Positions 22,776 to 32,342 are shown, numbered from the stretch's first letter. The stretch is 53,378 bases of DNA from Actinomycetota bacterium (GCA_019246335.1 JAFAQQ010000058.1:1-53378), one strand, 5' to 3'. A program made the numbers and translations. Notes: generated by a model not told the origin, from the sequence alone.

Positions 22776-23318
22776 ATGACGCACTTCGCGCTCACGGCGG
22801 TCGGCCGCGACCGGCCGGGGATCGTCGCGGCCGTCTCGGCGGCGCTGCTCGACCACTCGGTGAACATCGAGGACTCGCAGATGACGATCCTCCGGGGGCA
22901 CTTCGCCATGGTGCTCGTCGTGGCGCCCCCGGATGGCGCCGACCTCGACCGGCTGCGCGGCGACCTCGAAGGGGTGCGCGAGCGGCTGGAGCTCGAGGTA
23001 CTTGCTCTGAGCCCGCTCGCCGAGGCGGATCCCGCCTCCGAGCCTGCGCCGACGCACATCGTCACGCTCTACGGCGCGGACCACCCCGGGATCGTGCACG
23101 CGGCAACCTCGGTGCTCGCCGAGCGCGGCGTCGACATCACCGACCTGACCACGAAGCTCGTGGTCGAGGGGGCCAGCACGCCCATCTACGCGCTGATGAT
23201 GGAGATCTCGCCACCGCCCGGGAGCGATGCGGGTGAGCTCGAGCGCGCGCTCGGGGCCGTGGCGCGGGAGCAGGGCGTGGACCTGACGGTGCGCCAGCTC
23301 GACGAGGAGGTCCTGTAG
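22776..23318 (+). CDS. Tandem ACT-domain protein (GcvR-like)
   Basis: ATG at 22776. Contains GRDRPGIVAAVSAALLDHSVNIEDS and GADHPGIVHAATSVLAERGVDITDL. Confidence 0.8.
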   Translation: MTHFALTAVGRDRPGIVAAVSAALLDHSVNIEDSQMTILRGHFAMVLVVAPPDGADLDRLRGDLEGVRERLELEVLALSPLAEADPASEPAPTHIVTLYGADHPGIVHAATSVLAERGVDITDLTTKLVVEGASTPIYALMMEISPPPGSDAGELERALGAVAREQGVDLTVRQLDEEVL

Positions 23319-23349
23319 GTGGCCGGCGCCGGTCGGCCGGCCTGACGGC

Positions 23350-23856
23350 ATGGCCGTCCGCGAGGTCCTGCGATACCCGAACCCGGTGCTGAAGCGTGAG
23401 GCGCGGCCGCTCGGGTCGGACGAGAGCGAGCTGGCGCTGCGCGTCGGACAGGACCTCGTAGACACGATGCGGTCGTTTCCGCGTTGCGTGGGCATCGCGG
23501 CGCCGCAGCTCGGGGAGCTCGTGCGCATGATCGTGGTCGACGTGACCGACCATCCGAAGGCCACCGCCTGTCACGGGGAGCTCGTGCTGGTGAATCCGAG
23601 GGTCGTCGCCTCCTCCGGCTCGGTCGTCGCGCGCGAGGGCTGCCTCTCCATCCCGGACCTCACGGCAAACGTCCGGCGCGCGACCGAGGTCACCGTCGAG
23701 GCCGTGGATCCCGAAGGCCGCGAGCGCTCGATCGACACGGAGGGGTTCGAGGCCCGCTGCCTGCTGCACGAGATCGATCACCTGGACGGGATCCTGTTCC
23801 TCGACCGCGTGGACTCGCTGGCGACGGACGTCTTCCGGCGCAAGAGCTACGGCTAG
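23350..23856 (+). CDS. def: Peptide deformylase
   Basis: Contains GIAAPQLG, EGCLSIP and HEIDHLDG. Confidence 0.95.
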   Translation: MAVREVLRYPNPVLKREARPLGSDESELALRVGQDLVDTMRSFPRCVGIAAPQLGELVRMIVVDVTDHPKATACHGELVLVNPRVVASSGSVVAREGCLSIPDLTANVRRATEVTVEAVDPEGRERSIDTEGFEARCLLHEIDHLDGILFLDRVDSLATDVFRRKSYG

Positions 23857-23862
23857 CGGCGC

Positions 23863-23881
23863 GGCGCCGCCGAGCGGCGCC
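23863..23881. terminator. GC hairpin between convergent def and SDR genes (possible bidirectional terminator)
   Basis: GGCGCCGC-cga-GCGGCGCC, a perfect 8-bp inverted repeat directly after the def stop. There is no U-tract. Confidence 0.3.
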
Positions 23882-24684
23882 TACTTGCCGACCGGGTAGA
23901 AGCGGTCGAGCACCTCGAGCACGACCGCGCGCGGCGAGACGCGGCCGGCGACGGCGCCCGCGAGGTTGGTCGGCCCCGGCACGGACGTGCGGCGCCCGCG
24001 GTCGAGCGCGCCCAGGCCGGCGCGCGCCATCTGCTCCGCCGAGTACACGATCCCCGGCAGCTCGAGCAGCCCCTCGTCGATCCCGGCGACCTCGGCGAAC
24101 TCCGTCTTCGTGGGGCCGGGACAGAGCGCCGTGACGGTCACGCCGGTGCCGCCCAGGTCCTTGTGAAGCCCCTCGCTGAAGCTGAGCACGAACGCCTTGG
24201 TGGCGGCGTACGTCGTCTGCCGCGGGATCGGCTGGAACGCGGCCGTAGACGCGACATTGAGGATCCCGCCGCGCCTGCGCTCGACCATCTCCGGCACGTA
24301 GTGCCCGCAGAGGTCGACGACCGCCTCGACGTTCGTCCGCAGCATGCGGATCTCGTTCTCGGGGTCGAGCTCCTGAAACCGCCCCGCGGTGCCGAAGCCG
24401 GCGTTGTTGATGAGGATCTCGACGGAGCGACCGCGCTTCTCGACCGTTTGGATCATCCGGCGGCGCGCCGCCGCGTTCGACAGGTCGCACGCGACGGTGT
24501 CCGCCTCGATTCCATTGCTCTCCGAGAGCTCGCGCGCCAGCTCCTCCAACCGATCCTTGCGCCGGGCGGTCAGCGTCACGCCGTAGCCGCGCTCCGCGAG
24601 CTGGCGTGCGAACTCGGCGCCGATGCCGGCGGAGGCGCCGGTCACTAGGCAGGTTGATCCGTCGCTGGGCGGGGGCAACGCCAT
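23881..24684 (-). CDS. Short-chain dehydrogenase/reductase (SDR)
   Basis: TGASAGIG Rossmann motif and YAATK catalytic motif. Confidence 0.9.
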   Translation of the reverse strand: MALPPPSDGSTCLVTGASAGIGAEFARQLAERGYGVTLTARRKDRLEELARELSESNGIEADTVACDLSNAAARRRMIQTVEKRGRSVEILINNAGFGTAGRFQELDPENEIRMLRTNVEAVVDLCGHYVPEMVERRRGGILNVASTAAFQPIPRQTTYAATKAFVLSFSEGLHKDLGGTGVTVTALCPGPTKTEFAEVAGIDEGLLELPGIVYSAEQMARAGLGALDRGRRTSVPGPTNLAGAVAGRVSPRAVVLEVLDRFYPVGK

Positions 24685-24723
24685 CGGCGGCGGCCCACGT
24701 TATACGAGCCGTAACATGCGCGT

Positions 24724-25005
24724 ATGGCCTCCGAGGAAGATCCGTTCGGCGGGCTGTTCGGCGATCCCGAGGAGTTGCGGCGCCGCATGGCCGAGCTTGC
24801 GGAGCAGATGCAGGGAGCGCAGCGGGTCGCCTGGGCCGACAACGCGATCAAGCTCGCCGTGGACATGACGGTGGCGGGCATCACCCGGCTCAACCTCCAG
24901 GGCAACGCCGAGCAGCAGGCCGCCGAGGTGCGCGACGCCGTGCGCCTCCTCTTCCCCGAGGCGGTCACCCTCGTGCGCGAGGCCCGCGAGGGATTCGGCA
25001 CCTAG
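24724..25005 (+). CDS. Small hypothetical protein (93 aa)
   Basis: ATG start, high GC3 and a non-repetitive helical-looking sequence. No family recognised. Confidence 0.5.
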   Translation: MASEEDPFGGLFGDPEELRRRMAELAEQMQGAQRVAWADNAIKLAVDMTVAGITRLNLQGNAEQQAAEVRDAVRLLFPEAVTLVREAREGFGT

Positions 25006-25009
25006 GCGC

Positions 25010-25858
25010 TTACTTCAGCAGCCGTGAGAGCCGGCGGTCCTTCAACACGCGGCCGGCGGTCTGCTCGGCGGGGCAGTAGCACATGACGTAATCCTTGAAG
25101 TGCACGGCCTCGATCCGCGCCCCGCAGCGCGGGCACGGCTCGCCGGCCTTGCGGTGGACGCGCAGGGGCATCGGAGCCTTGTCCGGGAGCGACTCGCCAA
25201 CGACCCGCTCGTAGTGCTCAAGCGCCCCGCCGAGCACCTCGCTCATCGCGGCATGTAGGGCTGCGACGTCCTCCTCACCGAGGTCGTCGCCTCGCCGGAA
25301 CGGCGACAGCCGCGCCTGCCACAGGATCTCGTCGACCCAGGAGCGCCCGATGCCGGCGATCACGTGCTGATCGCGCAGCAGCGGGTGGAGAGGGCGCGGC
25401 TGATCGAGCAGCCCCGCGAGCTCGTCCGCCGGGGGCGGCGGCCACGCCTCCGGCCCGAGCGAGGCCACCGCCTCGTCGGCTGAGAGCTCCTCCGCAGGCA
25501 GAAGCTTCGCCCAGGCGCGCTGCTGCGTGCCGAACTCGCGCAGCCGAAGCTCGCGGCCATCGCGGATGCGGATCAGCAGCCGCGACCGGCGGTCCCGGAC
25601 CGATGCGCGGTCGCCGAACAGCTGGAGCCGGCCGGCGGACATCAGGTGGACGAGGAGGACGAGGCCGCCGAAGTCGACCACCGGCATCTTGCCCACCCGC
25701 CTCACCGCCTCGATGGTCTCTCCCGACAGCGCCTCGAGCGGTGGGTCGATCGTGCGCATCGTGACCATCCCCGGCGCGACTGCGGACTCGACCTCGGCCC
25801 CGGCCAGCGCGGTGCTGAGACGCCGCGTGGCGATCTCGACCTCGGGGAGCTCGGGCAC
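25010..25858 (-). CDS. Fpg/Nei-family DNA glycosylase/AP lyase
   Basis: GTG at 25858 gives the obligatory N-terminus (M)PELPEVE. C-terminal zinc finger CPRCGARIEAVHFKDYVMCYCP. Confidence 0.88.
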   Translation of the reverse strand: MPELPEVEIATRRLSTALAGAEVESAVAPGMVTMRTIDPPLEALSGETIEAVRRVGKMPVVDFGGLVLLVHLMSAGRLQLFGDRASVRDRRSRLLIRIRDGRELRLREFGTQQRAWAKLLPAEELSADEAVASLGPEAWPPPPADELAGLLDQPRPLHPLLRDQHVIAGIGRSWVDEILWQARLSPFRRGDDLGEEDVAALHAAMSEVLGGALEHYERVVGESLPDKAPMPLRVHRKAGEPCPRCGARIEAVHFKDYVMCYCPAEQTAGRVLKDRRLSRLLK

Positions 25859-25920
25859 CCAGATGAGGTTAGGAGCGCGTCGACCTCCGGCGAGCCGGTC
25901 CCCCAACTACGCTGGACGCC

Positions 25921-26373
25921 GTGCGCATCGCCGTGGCAAGCGACGAGCGAACCGGCGTGGCCGAGGCGGTGGTCGCCGAGCTTCGCCGGCGGGGACACGA
26001 CCCGGTCCTGCACGGCGCGCTCGCCGACGGCGAGCGCGAGGATTGGGCGTGGGCGAGCGAGGCCGCTGCGCGCGACGTCGCCGACGGGCGCACCGATCAG
26101 GCCATCGTCTGCTGCTGGACGGGAACCGGTGCGTCGATCGCGGCGAACAAGGTGGACGGCATCCGTGCCGCGCTCTGCGGCGACGCCGAGACCGCGCGTG
26201 GCGCACGCAGGTGGAACGACGCCAACGTGCTGGCCCTGTCGCTGCGGACCACGAGCGCGCCGGTGCTCGGTGAGATCCTGGACGCCTGGTTCGAGGCCCG
26301 GCCGAGCGACGAGGAGGACGACACCGTCAACGTCCGACACGTCGACGAGATCCGAGGAGGCCGGGCCGGCTAA
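25921..26373 (+). CDS. rpiB: Ribose-5-phosphate isomerase B (RpiB/LacA/LacB family)
   Basis: 150 aa. Contains MRIAVASD and CCWTGTGASIAANK. Confidence 0.85.
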   Translation: MRIAVASDERTGVAEAVVAELRRRGHDPVLHGALADGEREDWAWASEAAARDVADGRTDQAIVCCWTGTGASIAANKVDGIRAALCGDAETARGARRWNDANVLALSLRTTSAPVLGEILDAWFEARPSDEEDDTVNVRHVDEIRGGRAG

Positions 26374-26422
26374 CTGAGCACGCGCGGGCGCGCCAATGCC
26401 GAGCCCCCGGCCGGCCGCGGCG

Positions 26423-26836
26423 CTACTTCACCACGTGGTAGGTCTTATCGACGGGGTGGGACGCGTTGTTCGTCGTGTCGATCGCCGTGAGCTGCATGTC
26501 CCATTGGCCGGGATACAGCTTCTTCGCCGAGAAGTGCCGCTGGTGCCATCCCGCGGTGAAGTTCTTCTTGAACAGGATGATCGGGCCCAGGGTGGGCCCG
26601 AGCGGACGGGTGGCCGCCCGCACCTCGGCGTACTCGCTGATCTTGAATCGGATCGTCCCGCCCGGGTGCTGGCACGTGTCGGACCGATGGCGGCACACCG
26701 TGGTGGGAGTCACCTTGAACTTCTCGAACTTCGGGACGACGGCGTCCTGAGCCACCGCGACTGCGGCGAGTGCAAGCGCGACAAGCGCGCCCGCGACCAA
26801 AGCCCGACGCATCCTCCTCATCCCACCCATGTTCAT
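26423..26836 (-). CDS. Small secreted protein (137 aa), unknown function
   Basis: ATG at 26836 (aa 183 of the 26423..27382 ORF). Signal peptide ..ALALAAVAVAQD. The mature part is beta-rich and relatively Lys-rich. Confidence 0.6.
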   Translation of the reverse strand: MNMGGMRRMRRALVAGALVALALAAVAVAQDAVVPKFEKFKVTPTTVCRHRSDTCQHPGGTIRFKISEYAEVRAATRPLGPTLGPIILFKKNFTAGWHQRHFSAKKLYPGQWDMQLTAIDTTNNASHPVDKTYHVVK

Positions 26837-26914
26837 ACCGCAATCCACGCGCTGAGGCAACCGCCATCCGTCGTCTCGGGCGGCCCGGGCCTGGATATCT
26901 AGGATTCCCGAGCC

Positions 26915-28009
26915 GTGCCGACCGCCCTCGAGATCGTCGATACCCATGCTGCGGCCGCGGGGCAGGAGCTCGCTCCGCTCATCGTCCGCGAGCCGCTGGC
27001 GGGCTACCTCGACGAGCGTGGCCTTGGCTCCGGCCCGCTCGAGGCGCACCGCATCGGCGAGGGCCACTCGAACGTCACCTACCTGATCACGCGAGGCAGC
27101 GAGCGCTTCGTCCTGCGCCGTCCGCCCCGGCCGCCGCTTCCGCCGACCGCGCACGACGTGCTGCGCGAGGCCCGCCTCCTGTCCGCGGTCCAGGACGCGG
27201 ACGTTCGAACGCCGCGCGTGCTCGACGCATGCGACGACGAGTCGGTGCTGGGAGTTCCGTTCTACGTGATGGAGTACCTGGAGGGGACGGTGATCACCGG
27301 CGCCGTGCCCGAGGCCCTCGACACGCCCGCCGGAAGGCGGCGGATCTCGGAGGAGCTCGTCGACTCCCTCGTGGAGATGCACGCGGTCGACTGGCGTGCG
27401 TGCGGCCTCGAGGGCTTCGGCAAGCCGACCGGCTACCTCGACCGCCAGCTGCGGCGCTTCGGCGGCCTATGGGAGATCAACAAGACGCGCGAGCTGCCGC
27501 TCGTCCAGGAGGTCGGCGAGTGGCTGGCGGCCAACAAGCCGGAGTCCCCGCCGGCCACGATCGTCCACGGCGACTACCGGCTCGGCAACACGATGTTCGC
27601 GAACGACCCGCCCGCGCAGCTGATCGCGATCTTCGATTGGGAGATGGCGACGATCGGCGATCCGCTCGCGGACCTCGGGTACATGACGGCGACGTGGTCC
27701 GAGCCGCCGCGCGGCGAGGATCGCAAGGAGACGATGTTCGACCGCCTCACCATCACGCACCAGGACGGCTTCCTCGCGCGCGATGAGCTGATAGCCCGCT
27801 ACGAGGAGAGCACCGGGAGGTCCATGTCCGACCTGCGCTGGTACCAGGCGCTCGCCCTCTGGAAGGCCGCGGTGTTCATGGAGGGCAACTACAAGCGATC
27901 GCTGGCGGGAACCACGGACGACCCGTACCTGGCCCTGTTCGACAAGGGCGTTCCGCAGCTCGCCGAGGCGGCGCACCAGATCACGAAGCTGCCGGCCCCG
28001 CGCGCGTGA
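26915..28009 (+). CDS. Phosphotransferase-family (APH/kinase-like) protein
   Basis: Catalytic loop IVHGDYRLGNTMF and IFDWEMATIGDPLADLG. Confidence 0.85.
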   Translation: MPTALEIVDTHAAAAGQELAPLIVREPLAGYLDERGLGSGPLEAHRIGEGHSNVTYLITRGSERFVLRRPPRPPLPPTAHDVLREARLLSAVQDADVRTPRVLDACDDESVLGVPFYVMEYLEGTVITGAVPEALDTPAGRRRISEELVDSLVEMHAVDWRACGLEGFGKPTGYLDRQLRRFGGLWEINKTRELPLVQEVGEWLAANKPESPPATIVHGDYRLGNTMFANDPPAQLIAIFDWEMATIGDPLADLGYMTATWSEPPRGEDRKETMFDRLTITHQDGFLARDELIARYEESTGRSMSDLRWYQALALWKAAVFMEGNYKRSLAGTTDDPYLALFDKGVPQLAEAAHQITKLPAPRA

Positions 28010-28635
28010 GCGTCGAGGGCGACGGCCGTCCGGCGGGCCTCCTGGTCGACTTCGGCGGGGTCCTGACCACGAATGTCTTCGAGTCCTTCCGCGCGTTCTG
28101 CGCGGCAGAGGGGCTCGACCCGGACGCCGTCAGGTCGCTGTTCCGCGAGCGCGGAGAGGGCCTGGACCTCCTGCGCCAGCTGGAGAAGGGCGAGATCGAG
28201 GTGCCGGACTTCGAGCGGCGGTTCGCCCCCCTGCTCGGCGTTCAGCGGGCGGATGGGATGGTCGATCGGCTGTTCGCGGGCGTCCAGCCCGACGAGAGGA
28301 TGATCGCGGCGGTGCGCGCCGTGCGCGACATCGGGACACCCACCGGGCTCATCTCGAACTCCTGGGGCGGGGTGACCTACGACACCGCCCTGATCGAGGA
28401 GCTCTTCGACGGCGTCGTGATCTCAGGCGAGGTCGGGCTCCACAAGCCCGATCCGGAAATCTTTCGCCTCGGAGCCGAGCGGATCGGCGTGCCGGCCGAC
28501 CGCTGCGTGTTCGTCGACGACCTGCGCGAGAACTGCGAGGGCGCAGAGTCGGTGGGGATGACCGCGATCCTCCACCGCGGAGCCGACGGGACGCTTCCCG
28601 AGCTTGGGCGGCTGTTCGGCGTCCAGTTGCGGTAG
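28006..28635 (+). CDS. HAD-superfamily hydrolase
   Basis: GTGA overlap with the upstream gene. Motif I LLVDFGGVLT, ISNSWG and VFVDD. Confidence 0.85.
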   Translation: MSVEGDGRPAGLLVDFGGVLTTNVFESFRAFCAAEGLDPDAVRSLFRERGEGLDLLRQLEKGEIEVPDFERRFAPLLGVQRADGMVDRLFAGVQPDERMIAAVRAVRDIGTPTGLISNSWGGVTYDTALIEELFDGVVISGEVGLHKPDPEIFRLGAERIGVPADRCVFVDDLRENCEGAESVGMTAILHRGADGTLPELGRLFGVQLR

Positions 28636-28642
28636 GACCCGG

Positions 28643-29242
28643 TTGCGCCGACGGGTCGTGGCTGTCGCGCTCGGCCTTTCGGTCGCCGCGACCGCCGGGT
28701 GCGGCCAGGGCCGCCCGCCCCTTCCGAGACCGCTCCTCTTCGGTGAGGGCGCGCTCTACCGGCCCGCACCGTACGGACCGCGCGTCGCTAGCGCTCGCAC
28801 GATCGGGCGCCTTCGATGCGAGGCGGCGGCCCCTCCGGCGCGGTTCCTCGCCCACGTCGAGGTGATCGTCGACGGCCGCGTGGCGATCGTCCCGGCGGGT
28901 ATCGGGGTGGCGCCGCCCCAGGTCCGCCGCGGGGCCTACGTGGTCCGCGGCCGATGCGAATACCCGATTCGCACGCATGAGCCGACCGGCCTCCTCGAGG
29001 TCGCAAGCTCGCGCCGGATCACGCTCGGCGAGCTGTTCGCGGTCTGGCAACAGCCGCTCACGAGGCAGAGGCTGCTCGAATTCGCGCCGCGGCGCGGGTC
29101 GATGGTGCGCGCGTACGTCGGCCGCGCGCGGTGGCCCGGCGATCCCCGGGAGATCGTCCTTCGCCGTCACCGCGCCGTGACCCTCGAGCTGGGCCGGTTC
29201 GTGCCCCCGCGCCCGCGGTACGCCTTCCCGCGCGGGATTTAG
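28643..29242 (+). CDS. Putative lipoprotein, unknown function
   Basis: TTG at 28643 gives (M)RRRVVAVALGLSVAATAGC, a lipobox-like signal. The track start at 28604 would overlap the HAD gene. Confidence 0.5.
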   Translation: MRRRVVAVALGLSVAATAGCGQGRPPLPRPLLFGEGALYRPAPYGPRVASARTIGRLRCEAAAPPARFLAHVEVIVDGRVAIVPAGIGVAPPQVRRGAYVVRGRCEYPIRTHEPTGLLEVASSRRITLGELFAVWQQPLTRQRLLEFAPRRGSMVRAYVGRARWPGDPREIVLRRHRAVTLELGRFVPPRPRYAFPRGI

Positions 29243-29276
29243 GAGTTCCACGGCGGCCGGCGTTACGCTGGCGTCG

Positions 29277-29924
29277 ATGCGCGCGCGACGCCGCACATCG
29301 ATCGCAGCCGCGACCCTCACCGCCGTGCTCGCCGCAGTGCCGCTCGCGCGCGCCGACTCCGACCCCGCGAGCGACGTCCTCCCCGTCCAGAACGTCTTCG
29401 TCCCCTACCAGCCGCAGGTCTCCCAGTCGCTCCAGCAGACGCTCCGAGCGGAGACCGCCGCGGCGGCGAAGTCCGGGTTCCCGATAAAGGTCGCGATCGT
29501 CGCCACGGCCCAGGACCTCGGTGGGGTGCCGGACTTCTTCGGAAAGCCGCAGCCCTACGCGCGCTACCTCGGCTCCGAGATCAGCTTCAGCAAGCCGCAG
29601 CCGCTGCTCGTGGTGATGCCATCGGGACTCGGGACCTATCAGGTGCCGCCGAAGGCGGCCGCGGTGGCCCGGGGCATGACGCCCGGGGCGGGCCCGGACG
29701 GGATGGCCACCACCGCGGTGAAGACGATCGAGCAGATGGCGACCGCAGCGGGCCACAAGATCGGCAGCTACAAGGCCGGCGGGAGCGGGGGTGGAAAGTC
29801 GTCGACCGCGCTGATCTTCGCCGGGCCGATCGTGCTGCTCGTGATCGCCCTCGTCGTCTTCAGCTACCGCAGGATGGGGCAGGAGGAGGAGGAGCTCGAG
29901 GAGCTCCGCTCGGGGTCCGGCTGA
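29277..29924 (+). CDS. Exported protein with C-terminal TM anchor and acidic tail, unknown function
   Basis: Signal peptide ..AVPLARA|DSD, a C-terminal TM segment (ALIFAGPIVLLVIALVVF), then QEEEELEEL. Confidence 0.6.
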   Translation: MRARRRTSIAAATLTAVLAAVPLARADSDPASDVLPVQNVFVPYQPQVSQSLQQTLRAETAAAAKSGFPIKVAIVATAQDLGGVPDFFGKPQPYARYLGSEISFSKPQPLLVVMPSGLGTYQVPPKAAAVARGMTPGAGPDGMATTAVKTIEQMATAAGHKIGSYKAGGSGGGKSSTALIFAGPIVLLVIALVVFSYRRMGQEEEELEELRSGSG

Positions 29925-29955
29925 GCCGACGCCGAAGCAGGCCGCGCCCGGCGCC

Positions 29956-30114
29956 TCACTTCTTCGCCTTCCGCCGCTCCTTCCGCTTGTTGCGCCACTC
30001 TCCGATGTAGATGTAGCCGAACAGCGCCACCACCGGGCCCATGAAGACTGGCAGCGACACGTACCAGTGTCCGAAGTGCGCGATCGGCGGGACCATCAAC
30101 CCGAGTAGCGCCAT
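29956..30114 (-). CDS. Small membrane peptide (52 aa), not in supplied ORF track
   Basis: ATG at 30114 to TGA at 29956. Product is MALLGLMVPPIAHFGHWYVSLPVFMGPVVALFGYIYIGEWRNKRKERRKAKK. GC3 is mostly G/C. It lies 76 nt downstream of the 470-aa gene on the same strand. No clear RBS. Confidence 0.4.
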   Translation of the reverse strand: MALLGLMVPPIAHFGHWYVSLPVFMGPVVALFGYIYIGEWRNKRKERRKAKK

Positions 30115-30190
30115 TACCGGATAATCGCAGGGGTCGCGAGGGCGGTCATGAGTACGTGCTCGGAATCTCCTCCGCCCGCGACGCCACGCC

Positions 30191-31603
30191 TCAGGTGTTG
30201 ACCGCGGACAGCAACCAGAGTCCGAGGCTGGTGAAGCCCACCATCACGCACAACATCCAGTACTGCGAGCGAGCCGCGTCGCGCACTCGCGAGTAGACCG
30301 CGAGGGCGCGATCGTGCGCGAGGGTCAGCCCGGCGACGTGCCCACACACGAGTGCCGCCACCTGCACGTACCAGATTCCCGCCGCGGATATCACCTTGAA
30401 GTTCACCGTCGCGCTCGCGGTCCCGAAGATGTTTGCGCCGTTTCCGAGCGGGTCGGAGATGAGGTATCCGATCGCCTGGCCCTGATAGGCGAGCAACGAG
30501 AAGTAGTGCGCTACTGCGTATGCGAAGGCGATCGGGATGAGGGTGTGGGCAAAGCGATGCGCCAGCTCCGCCTGGCGGTGGTGGTGATCGACGGTCACCA
30601 TTCCGCGTACCCCGGTGGCGTACACCCCGCCGACGAGCAGAACGCAGAACAGAAGCCCGACCGTCGACGCCAGCTCGACCGAGACCGTCGTGCTGAATCC
30701 AAGGTCGCGGAAGAGCTTCGCGAGGTCGCCGCCGAGCGAGCGCCAGACGGGCCCGTTCGAGAGACCGTCGAACGTCGTAGTCCCGATGGCGGCGCACAAG
30801 AGGACGACGGTGCCGGGAATGATCTGGAGAGGCGGAGCTCCCGAAAGCGGACGGCGCAGGTACACCGCGCCGTCGGCGTGCCGCTCGAGCGGCGAGATCC
30901 GTGAGTACAGGTTGAACAGGCACGAGAACGCGTCGCCGCGGCGGGTCCAGGTCTCGATGCCGAACGCGGACATGCCCGCGAGCTGGACGGCTGCGTAGCC
31001 GATCGAGAGCCAGGCGAGCGTCGAGGGGACGTCCTTATCTGCGTATGCCAGCTCCAGCCACGCGAAGCCGATCACGCCTGCGACGGCCGGCCATTGGCCG
31101 AGCCACGCTGGATACTCGCGGCTTCGAATCGGACGGCCCCCAAGCTTGCGCCATGTCGACGAGACGGCGAGCGCGAACGAGCGCCAGGGGTTGAAGGCGC
31201 GAAAGACGTCCCCGAAGACCGCGCTCAGGATCACGGTGCCCACCCAGAAATGGACGTAGATGAACGTCGGCTCGAGGTTCTGGAGCGGCTGCGAGGTTCC
31301 GGCGAATCCGCAGTAGACGAGAAACACGAAGCATCCGATCCCAAGCAGCCCGCATGCAGCGACGACTGCACGCGGCATCGCGAACAAGCGCCTCTTGGGG
31401 GAGTGCTGGAGCCGCGGTTCGCGCCAGAGCGACCCGAGAGCCACGAACGAGATGATCAGAACGATCGCCGCCGACCAGCCGAACAGCCACGACGGGATCG
31501 GTAGGTCCGTTCGCCCGACGAGTCCGTGCGCGGACGCCGCCGCCGGCCCGGCCAGTACGGCCAGCCCGGCGGCGAACAGTCCGAGTGCGAACCTGCGCAC
31601 CAT
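30191..31603 (-). CDS. Polytopic membrane protein (470 aa) with cleavable-looking signal peptide, unknown family
   Basis: The ATG lies 8 nt after the ycnI-like stop. N-terminus ..LAGPAAASA|HGLVGRTD. About 10 or more TM segments and a His cluster VDHHHRQAELAHRFAH. Confidence 0.8.
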   Translation of the reverse strand: MVRRFALGLFAAGLAVLAGPAAASAHGLVGRTDLPIPSWLFGWSAAIVLIISFVALGSLWREPRLQHSPKRRLFAMPRAVVAACGLLGIGCFVFLVYCGFAGTSQPLQNLEPTFIYVHFWVGTVILSAVFGDVFRAFNPWRSFALAVSSTWRKLGGRPIRSREYPAWLGQWPAVAGVIGFAWLELAYADKDVPSTLAWLSIGYAAVQLAGMSAFGIETWTRRGDAFSCLFNLYSRISPLERHADGAVYLRRPLSGAPPLQIIPGTVVLLCAAIGTTTFDGLSNGPVWRSLGGDLAKLFRDLGFSTTVSVELASTVGLLFCVLLVGGVYATGVRGMVTVDHHHRQAELAHRFAHTLIPIAFAYAVAHYFSLLAYQGQAIGYLISDPLGNGANIFGTASATVNFKVISAAGIWYVQVAALVCGHVAGLTLAHDRALAVYSRVRDAARSQYWMLCVMVGFTSLGLWLLSAVNT

Positions 31604-31611
31604 CGCTGCTG

Positions 31612-32322
31612 TCAGCCTGCGGCTCCCCGCGACCGCGGCCGCATGAGTGCGGCGAGGCCGATGAGGAGGCCGACAATCGCGACCACGAGCGCAGCGATTC
31701 CAAGCCCCTTGCTTGCGCCCTTGGTGCTCGACTTGGCGGACGTCGGGTTGGCCGCGAGCAGCTTGTTTACCTTCGCTGCCGCGTCCCCGGGGCCCGCCTC
31801 GTCGCCCGCGACGTCGATGATCGCCCCGCCCTTGGGCGCGACCGCGATCGTCGGGGCCGGCTCATTCGCACTTGGCGGGCCAATCCAGCGAACCACCTTG
31901 CCGTTGCTGTAGGTCTGGAGCGTCTTGAACGTGAGCGTTCCGGTGGCGTCATCCGGCATCGCGGTGGCGATCGCGAAGTTCTGGAAGCCCCCCGGCGGGA
32001 TCTTCCCGCCGCTCCAGATGATCTCCGAGACCTCCTCGGTGACCTTGCCCTGGTCCGTCTGGACCGGCTTCGCGAGCTTGCGAGTCAGGACCTTCGCGTT
32101 CCAGCCGGGGATCGGCTGAGTCGCCACGTCCAGGAAGCCTGGAGGAACGGCCACGTCGACCTTTGTCGTGTCGGCGTTGGTCTCCTCGTTCGGCACCCGA
32201 ATGTTGAACGTCACGTTTGCGCCCGCCGGCACGTCGTTCGGATGGAAGCTGACGTGCGCCTGGGCACCCGCTGGCACCGCCATCGTCGTCAGCGCCGCGG
32301 CAAGTACGGCTCTCTTCTTCAT
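31612..32322 (-). CDS. YcnI-family (DUF1775) copper-binding protein with C-terminal TM anchor
   Basis: ATG at 32322 is preceded by AAGGAG. Signal ..VPAGAQA|HVSFHPNDVPAG.. is typical of YcnI. The longer 357-aa ORF in the track is an R/P-rich extension. Confidence 0.85.
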   Translation of the reverse strand: MKKRAVLAAALTTMAVPAGAQAHVSFHPNDVPAGANVTFNIRVPNEETNADTTKVDVAVPPGFLDVATQPIPGWNAKVLTRKLAKPVQTDQGKVTEEVSEIIWSGGKIPPGGFQNFAIATAMPDDATGTLTFKTLQTYSNGKVVRWIGPPSANEPAPTIAVAPKGGAIIDVAGDEAGPGDAAAKVNKLLAANPTSAKSSTKGASKGLGIAALVVAIVGLLIGLAALMRPRSRGAAG

Positions 32323-32342
32323 GTTCTGTCTCCTTTGAAGAG

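Noticed and set aside
26893-26908. GGATATCTAGGATTCC in the divergent intergenic region between the small secreted protein gene and the phosphotransferase gene
   Set aside because: It is only a partial palindrome (about 10 of 16 positions self-complementary), which is too weak to call a binding site.
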